In this document: piece by piece, positions 13,184 to 25,591 of the stretch
Layout of the letters: each line of letters opens with the position of its first letter
Position numbering within the stretch: the stretch's first letter is position 1
Source: Lama glama
Lineage: Eukaryota
Length of the DNA: 64,000 bases
Direction: 5' to 3'
Assembly (NCBI GenBank): GCA_028534125.1
Contig: CM052817.1
Location: 13,146,001-13,210,000 of the forward strand
Made by a program: the position numbers and the translations under genes
The notes under the pieces: generated by a model
Database searches by the model: none
What the model saw: only the letters and a program-made list of their open reading frames with translations
What the model was told of the DNA's origin: nothing

Positions 13184-16000
13184 CAGGGGTTGGCAAAATA
13201 TGGCATGCAAACAAAAATCCAGCTGCTGTGGGCCAAACCCAGCCACACCAATCCATTTATGTATTGCCTCTGTCTGTTTTAGTTCTACAACAACATAGGT
13301 TAGTAGTTTCTACAAAGATCGCATGGCCCACGAAGCCTAACGCACTAAGTGGTTCTTTTCAGAAAAAGTTTGCCTCGGGGAAGGTCAGCATCTTGGCGGT
13401 AGGAGGTGCTGTCTGTCTCTCCCTTTCAATCTACAACTGGTAAAACACCCGTGTCTCAACAGAGTCTCCTCTGCCCAGCACACTGCGGAGAGCCACACAT
13501 CTGTACATCTGAAGGTGAATAAACCAGAGCACAAAGAGGAGGCAAGCTGGGGGAGCAGCTGAGGTGGTGGCTGTGACTTCCCCCACCCCCGGCCGTAGAA
13601 TCCAGTAGTAGCTGGGGAAGCAGTACACAGGATTCCGGCTTCCCAGCTGCAGCAGCGCCCATGGCCTAAAGGAACCAGGTGTCAGTGATGGTGGGGCCTG
13701 TGGCCCCAGTTCCTCCAGCTGCAGCAGCACCCGTGATTCTGGTCCCTCTGCCTGCAGCAGTGGCAGCCACACATACAGCATCCCTGAAGCACTCCTGGCT
13801 CCCTCCATGTGACCCCACCCCCTGTTGTGGTGGGGGCACCTGCCATCCCAGTGGGATGACAACAGCGACACTGGCCGTAGGCAACAGCCAGGCACCAGTG
13901 ACCCTAAAGGCATGAGCAGCCACAAGAAGGGCACTGGCAACACCACTGGCAGAGGCAGGAGAGGGTGCAAAGTGCCGACTGTCAAATGGAGCCAGAGGCT
14001 GCTCAGGTAGGAAACTAGAAACTTGTGCTGTAGCACCACCTACTGCAAAACAAAAGAAGGGCCTCTAATTGCCAATCTATCAAATTATTAGAATCAAAAT
14101 ATAAAAAGCTTTACCTAAATAAGAAAAGTGTTTGCTACTTCAAATATGTAGGCAGGGGAACAATTCCTTGAGCACCATGAAAAACTACAGTAACATGATG
14201 TCGCAAAATGGAAATGACATTTCTCCAAGAACCCAACTTAAAGTCATAGAATATTGCAGTCTAACTGATGGAGAATTCAAAATAGTTGTCATGAGGAAAC
14301 TCAGTAGTTACAAGAAAACTCATACAGGATGTTCAATGAGTGCAGGAATAATGAACAGAAGGGATACTTTCCCAAGAAGATTGAAACGCTAAAAGAGAAC
14401 TAAACAGAAATTTGGAGCTGAAGAGTTCATTACGGGAGATGAAGACTGTCTTAGAAAACATTGTAAATAGAGCAGATCGTACGAAAGAGAGAATTGGTGA
14501 GCTCAAAGATAGAAATATAGAAATGATTCAGATAGATGAGAGAGAACTGAGTTTTTTTTTTAATGAAGAAATGTTAATGAGAACTATTCGACTCCATTAG
14601 GAAAGGCAATGTAGGGATGATGGGTGTCCCAGAAGGAGAAGAGAGGAACAGGGGAGCAGAGCATTCATCTAAAAGAATAATCGCTGAGAACTTCCCAAAC
14701 CTGGGAAGAACCTGGATCACACAAGTCCATGAAGCTAAGAGAGCGCCTGATTACATCAGTGCAAAAGACCTTCTCCAAAACATGTAATATGAAAATTGTC
14801 CAAAGTCAGTGACAGAGAAAGAATTTTAAAGGCATACAGAAAAAAAAAAAAGATAGTAACCTACAAAGGACCCTCCATCAACCTGTCAGCATATTTCTCA
14901 ACAGAAACTCTATAGGCCAAGAAAGAGTTGAATGATATACTTAAAATATTGAAAGATAAAAACTATCAGCCAAGAAGGCACCCAGCAAAGTTATCTTCAG
15001 ATATTAAGAAAAAAAAGAAAGCCTTTCCCAGAAAAACTAAAATGAAAAGACAGCCTACCAAATGGGAGAACACATTTGCAAATCATGTATCCAATAAGGG
15101 GTCAAGATCCAAAAAAACATGAAGAACTCATACAAATCAACAGTAACAAAAAAAGGTTGAAAAATTGACTTGAGCATACAGATGGCCAACAGGCATGTGG
15201 AAGGATGTTCAACATCACTAGTTACTATGGAAATATAAATCAAAACCACAGTAAGATATTACCTCACACCCTTTAGAAAGACTGTTATCAAAAAGACAAG
15301 GAATAATAAGTGTTGGAGAAAATGTGGAAAAAAGAGAACCCTTACACACTGTTGGTGGGGGTGTACATTGGTGCAGCCACTGTGGAAAACAATACAGAGT
15401 CCTCAAAAAATTGAGAATAGAACCACCATATGATCCAGCTATTCCACTTCTGGGTATTTATTCGAAGAGTACAAAAACACTAATTCAAAAAGACGTGCAT
15501 CCCTATGTCTGTGTTCCTCCCAGTATTACTTAGAATAGCCAAAATATGGAAACAACCTAAGTGTCCATCTAGGGACAAATAAAGATGTTTATATATATAT
15601 ATAAACACTCACACACGGAACTCAGGCATAAAGAAGATGAAACCCTGCCGTTTGTGGCAACAGGAACGGAGTGTGTGGGTGTTATGCCGTGTGAAATGAC
15701 TCAGATGAGAAAGACAAATGCCGTGTGATTTTACTCGTGTGTGTAATCTAAAGTCAAACAAGCAAACAGTACAAAACAAAAGCAAACTCATAGATACGGA
15801 GAACAAATTAGTGGTTACCAAAGGGGAAAGGGAGTGGGAAGAGGGCGACCACTGTATGGGGACGGATGGAAACTAAACCTTTGGTGGTGAGTGCATTGTA
15901 GTGTATACAGAAGTCAAAATATAATGTTGTACACATGAAACAGATAATGTTATAAACCAGTGTTACCTCAATTAAAAAAAAAAGTGTTTGCCAGCCTCTG
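13184..16000 (+). mobile_element. MER58A-type hAT DNA transposon relic, split by an L1 insertion (parts 13184-13374 and 15993-16000)
   Basis: Starts caggggttggcaaa; internal cagccacac..atttatgtattg..atggcccacgaagcctaa..cagaaaaagtttgcc. The terminal bases (consensus gacccctg, here agcctctg) resume after the L1 poly(A). Confidence 0.85.
13375..15983 (+). mobile_element. Internally deleted LINE-1: 5'UTR, decayed ORF1, last part of ORF2, 3'UTR, poly(A)
   Basis: G-rich L1-like start ggggaaggtcagcatcttggcgg. ORF1-like peptides LTDGEFKIVVMRKL and LKILKDKNYQPR..PAKLS. ORF2 C-terminal peptides KMKRQPTKWEN and EPPYDPAIPLLGIY. A-tail at 15974-15983. TSD agaaaaagtttgcc / aaaaaagtgtttgcc. Many stops and frameshifts. 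Confidence 0.92.
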
Positions 16001-17599
16001 ATCTCCAGACTCTTTGGGTAGGCCACTCTTTGCCTGCGCTTTTTCTCGGTGGTTCATCTTTTCCAAGCACATGGGGTGACTGTGTTTCATGCGCAGCAAA
16101 CCCGGGCCGGGGAGCTAGGTCAGGTGCGTCTGTGTGGAGACCTCCGTGTCCTTCTCCTGCTTCACTGCCTTTGCATCACGTCGGATGTGAAAAGGGAGCG
16201 AAGCACCAGCCAGTCTCAGCCTACCCCTGTCGCTCATCGGACCTGGAGATTTGGAAGTGGCTGCATTTTAAGATTCCACCCTCTTGACGGAAGAACTTTG
16301 ATATGTTCTTAGAGACCCTTGTATCATTTCAGCCTACTTCTGTCTCTTCCAAATCTCTATTCTTCTTTCCATGAAAGGTTTTCTACTTTGTATTGATAGG
16401 GACTGGGAGGAAGAGGCCTTTCCTTATAAGAATGATTCTCAGAGTTCTCTATGTCAGCAATACCACATCAAAGAAGACACTGCTAGGAGTGAAAATTCTC
16501 TGGCCCCTCCCCAGGCCACTGCATCGGAACATGTAGGGGAGGGGCATGGCAAGCTGTGTTTCAGCGAGCCCTCTCCAGGGGATCGTGGTATCTCCCGAAG
16601 TTTGCAAGCCACTGCCTCACTTCAGATCTGCAACTAGAACTGGATGATCAGTGTTAACCAGGTTTACTTCTCGGTATGTGAATGGGAGCTTTCAAAATGC
16701 AAAATGTCCTCTCTCTTTCTACAGAGACAGGCTGGAGTAGACTCAAAAGTTCCGTTTTCAAAATTGAAACAGATTCCTTTTTCTGCTTGCGTTTCTGGTC
16801 TAATAATTCTCATCCTTCCTGAGGCACTCAGTGCCTCTGGTAAAATAGGGACATACACAAGAAGAATAGGCGTCTTAGGTGGGGAGAGTTTTACTGAATG
16901 CTGCTCTTCTGTGTGCTCATGAGACACCTTTGTCTAGCTGGTGGGGTTCGTGCCTGGGGCCAGCAACAGGACTGGCTGAATCAGGAGTTTGAACTCTAGC
17001 CTCTAAGCGTGATGGTGGTTCCAAGACAGAACCTTCAGCTTACCGGGACAGTTTCACTTAGACCTGTCGTGGGCATCTCAAACTTGGCAGGGGTGAAAGA
17101 TAATTCCTCTTCTTTCCCCTCAAACCACCTTCCCTTTCCTGATTTCCCAACATTAGCGAACAGCTATGCAACAGTCACTCCAAGCATCTGTTTTGAAGTT
17201 AGACTGATCTAGATTCAAATACCAATTTCATCATTTATTTGTGTTGCGATCTGGGAAAACCAGTCTTTCTACACTTTCCTGTAACATGGAGTAAGTCCCA
17301 ACTCCCATGAGATTTGGAGGAAACGTGCCTGATAAATTGTATTTATTATCCTAAGCTCACCACCTCCTCAACATCTTTTTAACAACCAAGTCACTAGGCA
17401 GCACTTTCAGAAATACCTTTCAAATAATATTGCTTTCTTTTCAACACATCACCCCTGCTAGCAAAGACCATCTTCAGTTATTTGGGGGATGACATGGCTT
17501 CTTGTTTGTTCTTCCTACCTCTTGCATATGGGGATGCAGGCGCTAGAACACATAAGACCCCCAGCTAAGGGGCACCCCTGAGATGTCAGGGAGACCTCA

Positions 17600-17760
17600 C
17601 ATTCACACACGTGCACACTAACCACATCCACACTTGCACATTGCCATGTGCACAAACTACACACACCGACATAGGCATTTAAACACACATGTACACACTA
17701 AAACTCAAAGATCACCTGCCACACACACCCACTCACACTCATTCACATTCACACGTTTGC
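17600..17760. repeat. Degenerate CA-rich simple repeat
   Basis: Repeated cacac/acacac units read directly. Confidence 0.7.
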
Positions 17761-18431
17761 ATCTTTATTATGAAAAAAGAACAAAGAACTTTTTTTCAAC
17801 AGAATAGACATTTCTTTGACTGCATTGGGAAAGGAACACCGTTGTTTAATCCACAAGGAGGTGTCAGCGGGGCAACTTGGCTGTCCTCACTCATCTTTTC
17901 TTCAAGAGCTTCCAGAGTGATTCCAATAGATGCTCCCACCCCATCAGGTTCTCTGTGCCCACCTCCTGTAGCAGTTTGTGCATCCTGCAGTTGGAACCCT
18001 CTCAGACAGTGCATCATTGTCTATTGTCCTGACGCTCACTTGAGATTGAAAACTCCCTTGAGATTATCCTTGGTACCCAACATTGTGCCTGACCAAAAAG
18101 AGATGTGTAACACATTATTTTTCATCCACTGAATGGGCAATGGATTTTGTTTGGGGGCATTTTCCATATATATGGATTCTGCCAAAAATATTGTGTTCTT
18201 GTAAGAGTTTCTTAACTTACTTGGTGACTGCAAATTTACTTATTTTTATTGTGATTAAGAACTCGATAAAACATGCCTAACCACTTCTTGCATTTCGTTA
18301 ATAACCATTCTGTGTCCTGCATTTTTAGCAAAGAGAGAAACTCCCGTTCTCCATCACTGTTCTCATCCCTCTGCTTCTCTGAGTGGGCTAAAGGGTTCTG
18401 GCTGTCTTATGCTCAAGCCGCTTTTAGAATC

Positions 18432-18665
18432 AGAATAGCTAACATTTATGGGGAACTGTTTATATGCACCACCCACTGCGCCAGATACTTTTGAAGCCTA
18501 ACTTCATTTAGTCTTCAAACCAGTCCTGAGGATGGGGTGATGTTTATTCCCATTCTCCACATGGGGGAAATATATTTTGAGAAGAATTTGCTTGATGTCA
18601 AATGGTGCATAAAGGACAGAACTTGGCCTCAGATCCAAGTTTATCTGCTTTCAGAGCTTGTGATT
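18432..18665 (-). mobile_element. MIR SINE relic (near full length)
   Basis: aatagctaacatttat..cttcatttagtcttcaaaccagtcctgagg..tattcccatt matches antisense MIR. Confidence 0.75.
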
Positions 18666-19979
18666 TTTATAATGATTACTAGACATTCTTTTTAGTCCTC
18701 ATTACATTTTATAAAAGTTAAAGCAGAAAAAGAACCCAAAGAAAAAGATGAAACGCAGTTTAGTATAACCATTCTTTAGACTTTTAAAGAAATTATTTTT
18801 ATTACCTAGGAAATATAAAGGTACATTTACATTTATATATGAATTCTCTAACTTCCAAAGTTAATGTTGTCCTATTTGTAAATGTAAATGGTCTTCTGCT
18901 GATTTTTATATTTTACTCTGTCCTAAAGCATGGATCCTGCAGTTGTGACTTTTACATTGGGGAAAATCCTTATTTTCCATTGTTATGATCCCTGTTGGTA
19001 TATATACTCTCTCCATTTTGTGCATTACTTCTATGAATACTGGATAGGATAAAGCAAAGCATAGACAAGGAGACATTTAAGGCCTTTCACAGCTTCAGGC
19101 ATTGTCACACCAGTATTGAAGGCGAGCGTATCACTGTTGAGTAGTATTTATCGCTAGAGTTTGAAAAGATCTCTGAGATGAGATCTTTTATTATGATACA
19201 CCATTTTGTTTTAAACGCTCCTACAATGGGATAAATATCTTATTTTATAAACCTCATGGGAAGGACAAGGTGCCTTTAAAGAAACCACCAGATACGGATT
19301 TATTGGGGGTGGGGGTGGGTTTGCATACACAAGTGTTATTTTCCCATTGCCTTCTCAGTTCCTTGTAAATAATAGGTGTCGGATGCTGAATGTCATTATA
19401 TTTATATGTGAAGCAGCGTTTTTAATCTCAAGTCACTTCTTTCAACGAACACATCTTTCTTTGACCTCCCTCCCCATGGCGTTTTAGAGTTGCTAGGGAA
19501 TTTATCATCAACATTAGTTTGGCAGCTTTCTGAGAGATAGAACCAAATGTTCCTTGCTGGAAGAAAAACATCGACTTATTCTGCCTCTATTATCACGCTC
19601 AAGAAAAACCACTTTTGGCCATCGAGTTAAACTCTGTTGTGACTTCTATTGGATCAGCTTTCCTGGATTTCAGTTTACAGTGTGTGTAACGTGAACCCCA
19701 GTGTTTGAGATGCCTAACTCATTAATGTATGCAATGCTCCATAAATAGTCTGTTCCATTTCTCTGAAGGAAAGTTTTAAAGAAAGTCAAGTGTTTCTCTT
19801 TTCAAATATAAGTTTAATGATAACTGGTATTAAAGTCTGGGGGTCATTTATTCTAAAATCTTGCCCATCCTTTAATATAGCTACTATGTGCGTGTATGTA
19901 ATACACATGGGAATGTGTGTGTGAATACAGTAAAGTTAGCTCCTACAGGATTCCTTAGGGCTTCCTTTACCAGTAATTT

Positions 19980-20300
19980 ACTCACTTGATAAATATGTAT
20001 TGAATTCTTTTGATGTGCTAGGCTTGCTCCTAGGAGCCACAGATATGAAAATGACCAAGTGTGACCCCATTCAGTTCCTCCAGGGGCTCAGAATCTCCTA
20101 GGAGAAACAAGCAATTGAATAGCAATTATAATCCCATATAGTAAGTGCTTCTCTAGGGTAACACAGAGAAGCGGCCGCAGCCCATTCCGGGAAAGGTGAT
20201 GGGATAAGGAGTGTTTGGCTGGAACCATATGGGGCAAGAGGGTTTAGGCAGGGGAAACAGGGAGCAGAGTCTAGAAGAAAGTGTGCAAAATCCGGCAATG
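19980..20300 (-). mobile_element. L2 LINE 3' relic
   Basis: aaatatgtattgaattc..atgtgctaggc..agatatgaaaatgaccaag..ggggctcagaatc resembles the antisense L2 3' end. Confidence 0.6.
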
Positions 20301-20330
20301 TTTGTGTCCTAAGAATCGTTCTCCTCTGTG

Positions 20331-20560
20331 AGAGGCAGCGTGTATGGGGGTTAAACTTACGCACTCTGAGGTAAGCTGTCTCAGTTTGGATCTCGGCTCT
20401 GACGCTTACGGAATGTGAGTCATTAGCACCACGTCTGTGCGTCTCAGCTTCTCCATGTGTGTGGAAGAGGGTTTTAGAGGCACAGCTGCATGAAGGCAGG
20501 GTGAGGATCACCGGCGGTGATACATGCGGGGTGCCTGGAGGAGCGGGCAGCCGGCACTTT
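20331..20560 (+). mobile_element. MIR SINE relic (unusually CpG-rich)
   Basis: agaggcagcgtgtatgggggttaa..atctcggctctgacgcttac..tctgtgcgtctcagcttctccatgtgtg follows MIR consensus order. Confidence 0.7.
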
Positions 20561-20569
20561 GAGAGCGGT

Positions 20570-20702
20570 TTATGTTGGTTTGCTAGGGCCGAGTAACAGC
20601 ACCACAAACTGGGTGGGTTAAACAACAGAAGTTTACTGCCTCACAGTTGGAGACCAGAGCCCACAATCGAGATGTCTGCAGGGTTGGTTCTCTCTGGAGA
20701 CC
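20570..20702 (-). mobile_element. MaLR LTR (MLT1A-C type), truncated by the assembly gap
   Basis: tgctagggccgagtaacagcaccacaaactgggtgggttaaacaacagaagtttactgcctcacagtt..gatgtctgcagggttggttc; similar to 45841-45980. Confidence 0.85.
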
Positions 20703-21202
20703 NNNNNNNNNNNNNNNNNNNNNNNNNNNNNNNNNNNNNNNNNNNNNNNNNNNNNNNNNNNNNNNNNNNNNNNNNNNNNNNNNNNNNNNNNNNNNNNNNN
20801 NNNNNNNNNNNNNNNNNNNNNNNNNNNNNNNNNNNNNNNNNNNNNNNNNNNNNNNNNNNNNNNNNNNNNNNNNNNNNNNNNNNNNNNNNNNNNNNNNNNN
20901 NNNNNNNNNNNNNNNNNNNNNNNNNNNNNNNNNNNNNNNNNNNNNNNNNNNNNNNNNNNNNNNNNNNNNNNNNNNNNNNNNNNNNNNNNNNNNNNNNNNN
21001 NNNNNNNNNNNNNNNNNNNNNNNNNNNNNNNNNNNNNNNNNNNNNNNNNNNNNNNNNNNNNNNNNNNNNNNNNNNNNNNNNNNNNNNNNNNNNNNNNNNN
21101 NNNNNNNNNNNNNNNNNNNNNNNNNNNNNNNNNNNNNNNNNNNNNNNNNNNNNNNNNNNNNNNNNNNNNNNNNNNNNNNNNNNNNNNNNNNNNNNNNNNN
21201 NN
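20703..21202. other. Assembly gap (500 N)
   Basis: Run of exactly 500 N, probably a fixed-size scaffold spacer. Confidence 0.99.
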
Positions 21203-22311
21203 AATAGGCAAAGTGCGTGAGATGGAGACGTAACAGGCAGGGAAATGCACGTGATCAGAGGCCACCGAGAGAACTGCTAGTAATTCCATTGCACCAAATG
21301 TTTATTTAACTGTGGAAAAAATCTCATTTGGCATAGAAAGTACATTCTTTAGAGAAGCTGACTGCATTGTTCAGCAGATAAATTGCTTTTATGGCTGATG
21401 CGTTAGACTGAAGTTGGAAGTTTTACGAAACAATTCATTTGTTGAAACTATATTGTTGAAAATCTGAATACTTAAAAGTAAATGGTTGAAAATATGTTTC
21501 AATATGATATTTGGTTTATCCAACTGTGTAGCACTGATGATAGAATGTTTGGGTGAATGACCGGTGTGTTGGTTATCTTTCTGAATGGTGGGTTCTGAGA
21601 ATTCCTAAACGGACTCATGATGTCAGGAGCGGTTTCTGAATGTGGTTATTTTAAAAGGTATACTCAGTAAAGTCTTCTTGGCATCTTTGTAGTCCTTTTC
21701 TTTCCTTTATTTGTTTTGAAGACAACTTAATTCTTATAAAAAAAAAGTTCAAAACAGGTATCATTGGCAGCGCTAGTGTGCTATGGTTATATCTTCTGGC
21801 AAGCTGAGTGTTGGCACCATTACTTGTAGTTAGCAAGTGTTTTCCCATAGGATTGCTTTTTGCTCTTGAATCTCAAAAATCTTTAAAATCTTGACTGTTT
21901 GATTTTTCACTACCTGCTTGCCTCTTGGTTGATTTAGAGAAGCCACCCTGGCTTGCTTGGGCGCTGCTGACGCTACCTCGTGTAGCTGGCGCGTGTGCCA
22001 GTGTCACTACGCATACTGTGAGTTAAAAGTTAAGCCATGTGAGTTAAGAGGTTTCTAGTCACTACAGTTCAGACTCGCATGCTTTCATCATGCTGCTCTT
22101 CCTTTCCGACTTTCCGCTCTACACGAGCTTTCTACAGAAGAGGATGAAGCCATCCTCATTTCTTACACTTTGAAAGGTGGTGCTTGTTACTGACAGTTCA
22201 TGGCTTGTCAGGCTGAACCAGTATTAGTGGTTTCGCTTCACAAGCCATGTGCATTAACATTTGCTGTATTGGTGACCACAAGGGCCAAGGGCGACACTTT
22301 TGTGTGTATAT

Positions 22312-22978
22312 ATTTTTTATTGAAGTGCAGTCAGTTTACAATGTTGTGTCGATTTCTGAGGTACAGCATAATGCTTCAGTCACACATGAACATACATGTA
22401 TTTGTTTTCATATTCTTTTTAGCCATAAGTTACTATAAGATATTGAATATAGTTCCCTGTGCTATACAGTATGAACCTGTTGTTTATCTATTGTATATAC
22501 AGTAGTGCATATCTGCAAATCTCGGACTCCCAGCTTCCCACCCCTTTGCCCCACTGGTAACCATAAGTTTGTTTTCTATGTCTGTGAGTCTTTTTCTGTT
22601 TCATAAACAAGTTCGTTGTATTTTTCTTTCTCTTTCTGGCTTACTTCACTTAGAATGATATTCTCCAGGTCCATCCATGTTGCTGCAAATGGCATTATTT
22701 TATTCTGTTTTATGGCTGAGTAGTATTCCATTGTATAAATGTACCACAATTTCTTTATCCAGTCATCTGTCGATGGACATTTAGGTTGTTTCCATGTCTT
22801 GGCTATTATAAACAGTGCTGCTATGAACATTGGGGTGTGCATGTGTCTTTTGGATTAAGATTCCCTCTGGATATATGCCCTGGAGTGGAATTGATGGATT
22901 ATATAGTAAGTCTGTTTTTAGTCTTTTGAGGAATCTCCATACTGTTTTCCATAACGGGTGCCCCAAACTACATTCCCA
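22312..22978 (-). mobile_element. 5'-truncated L1 (ORF2 C-terminus + 3'UTR), relatively young
   Basis: Minus-strand ORF HTPMFIAALFIIAKTWKQPKCPSTDDWIKKLWYIYTMEYYSAIK..PFAATWMDLENIILSEVSQ is the L1 ORF2 C-terminus. T-tract at the left end. Possible degenerate TSD agggcgacactttt / agggtagcactctt. Confidence 0.95.
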
Positions 22979-25591
22979 GAGGGTAGCACTCTTGACAGGG
23001 ACAAGGGATGGCTGAATCCATCACATCCAGTTGTGTTTGCATCTGTATGCAGATTGCCTCAGCACAGCACGACTTGATAAAACATGGTCAGTCGTGGTGG
23101 TATGACTCCATTACAATTATGATGACTTTTTCTCAGTTGCATTAGCATCAACCTCAACTGCACAGTAAAAGAATTCTTGGTGATTGGATAGAAGATGTGA
23201 GAATTGCCAGTATTTAACTACTTCAAATGGTGTATTAGCGGAGACCTTGGTTTAAAGTCTGGCAGGTATAAAGGGTTTTCAGTGAACCAAAAAAAAAATT
23301 AAAAAATACGTAACTACTGAGAAAAATAAAGCTTTGACAGTGTTTACAGGATAAACCCCATTTCAAGATTGCATTTTATTATTTTAAAAAAAGTCTGTTC
23401 ATCTCCCCTTAGAAATAGCACAGCCTTATTTACAAATTTCCCTCAAGAGATTTGACATTCTGTAAAATCCCTGTTTAGAGTCTTTTTGGGTTACTATTAC
23501 AAAATAACAGGGTTTTCCGCCGTGGGTATGTTCTATAGCATTACACCTCTCTAAGCAACCTGCTAATCTTGTCTATTCAAATGGGAATTTTTTAAAGAAC
23601 TATGTTCCCTTATAAATAGAAAACTACTATACGCATATCCTGCTATTCTTCAAACTGGACGACCACATGGAGAGAGAGCTCCAAATCCCCCTAAAGGACT
23701 TTAGTTCCCATCTTTTTCATGCTCCTAGAAATTGAATCCATTAGAAGCCAACAAAGCCCGTGTGTGTTCCTGTCCCTGCTGACTGTCTGCACACTGCATT
23801 TCAGTAATTCAGCCAGAAGGCATTTTTATTAAAAAAAAAAAACAGATCTATTCTTGAAAAAGCATTTGTATACTCATTATGCAATTCTATCATTTGTCAA
23901 TAGGGAGTTGTGTAAATAAGCCACTGAGGTCTAAACTGTAGTAACTGATGGCAGTAATCTTGGACAGAATAATTTCTTTTTCTTTATATATCTTACTAGT
24001 TCACAGCCAGTCAGGAAATAATGATCTTAAGACTTTGTTCCTGTTGGTGGTGGCTGGATATTTGAATAGAAAACCATAATGGCTCAGAGACTCTCTGGTA
24101 AAAACTGTTGTTTTTTATTTGCATAACCACCTGTCCTGAAGATTTTTTTACTCTATTTACCTTAAATTTATAACCATGCTGTCATTTACATTACGTAATT
24201 ACAATTTCTCTATATCCTGTAAACATTACACATTTATGAACAGGTATTAGAATGTATGAATGTATTGGAATAATTAGAATGTAATTCTTGAGCTGAGACT
24301 TGAAGTATAAACAGAGATTTGTTGGCCCATCCCAGCACAAGGACTCACATACACACACACAGAAATTGGAAGGATGGGGAGAACGCAGCATCCTTCAGAT
24401 GACCGTTTTGACAGGTGCCTGTAGTGGGCAGTGTTCCTGAGGGTCAGGGTGCATAGGCAGGGACCTGACTAGGCCTGGACCAGAAATTTTTAGGTTTTAT
24501 TTTGTAGGGATTAGGGGCCTTTGAGGGACTTTTTTCAGGAGCTATGTGATCCAGTTTACTTATTAGGCAGAGCATTGCAGCAGCATTATGGGCATGAGAC
24601 ATTATTTTATTCTCTTGCTTGGCCAGTTGTAATACTCATAGCCTCATTGGTCAGATTGCAAATAAAAATGCCATGTTCCCTTTTTAAATAGCTGTATGCT
24701 AGCTCTTGGCATAGAGCATTCCATTTTTAGAATTTTGACCAGTTAATTGCCCTGATACAAACCAAAACTTTTAACTGTTAACAATATGAATCTCATAATA
24801 AGTTAAACCCTGATCTTGTATCTTCAATAAAATCCAGTTACAAAAACTTTTAAGAAGAAGGCTGACAAAAAAACCCCACGCTTTTTAAAGCAGTTTATTA
24901 TATGATGCTAGGATATTTGAACTAGCCTAGACAAGAATTGTTTTGATTTTTTAATTTAAACATCATGCTATAATTCACTAATATAAGTAAAATAATATTT
25001 TTGCAAAATGAATCAGAACAATAAACTACCTGCAGTAAGCATTTAAAAGTACTCCTAAGCTACATTTTATTATTCTTACATCCATATGCACACCTTTTAA
25101 ATAATTTGGCCTGGAACATATAGTAATAAAAACAAAAACGGATCATGATTTTGTTCTATCTTTAGATCCCTAACTTTGAATAGAACAGCTATTTAATAAA
25201 TATACACATAATAAATTTTATGTATATATTTAACAAATACATGTAGGCCTAATTGTGTGCAAGATATTGTTCCCAGCACTTACAAATTATTAGCTAATTT
25301 AATTAAAAATAAATTAATGAATGAAGAAGACATTAATACTCAGATATTGCCCCCCATTCTTGAGCGTTTGCTCACTCTGCTGTCTGAATATGCCGTGCTG
25401 AGTGTGGACTCCTCACCTGGTTATAAAAATGGGCAAAGTGTGTTACATGTGATTCTTTTCACATGCATATTATACCATCCTCATAACAGTCTTGGGTCTT
25501 GATGTTATGATTCCAGAGAGGTTAACACAAAAGAAGCACAAAGGAGGGAAGGAAGTTTTTCTCTTGAATCCCCATCTTTTTATCTTTCTTG

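Noticed and set aside
13431..14039. 202-aa minus-strand ORF and overlapping ORFs
   Set aside because: Lies in the GC-rich repetitive L1 5'UTR; stop-poor composition explains it.
19164..19189. 10-bp perfect inverted repeat aaaagatctc / gagatctttt
   Set aside because: Short and AT-rich with no supporting context; terminator-type interpretation does not apply to mammalian DNA.
20098..20625. 175-aa minus-strand ORF
   Set aside because: Spans L2, MIR and MaLR relics in a GC-rich patch; no recognisable protein.
20633..21289. Long ORFs of 182-218 aa
   Set aside because: Artefacts of translating the N gap.
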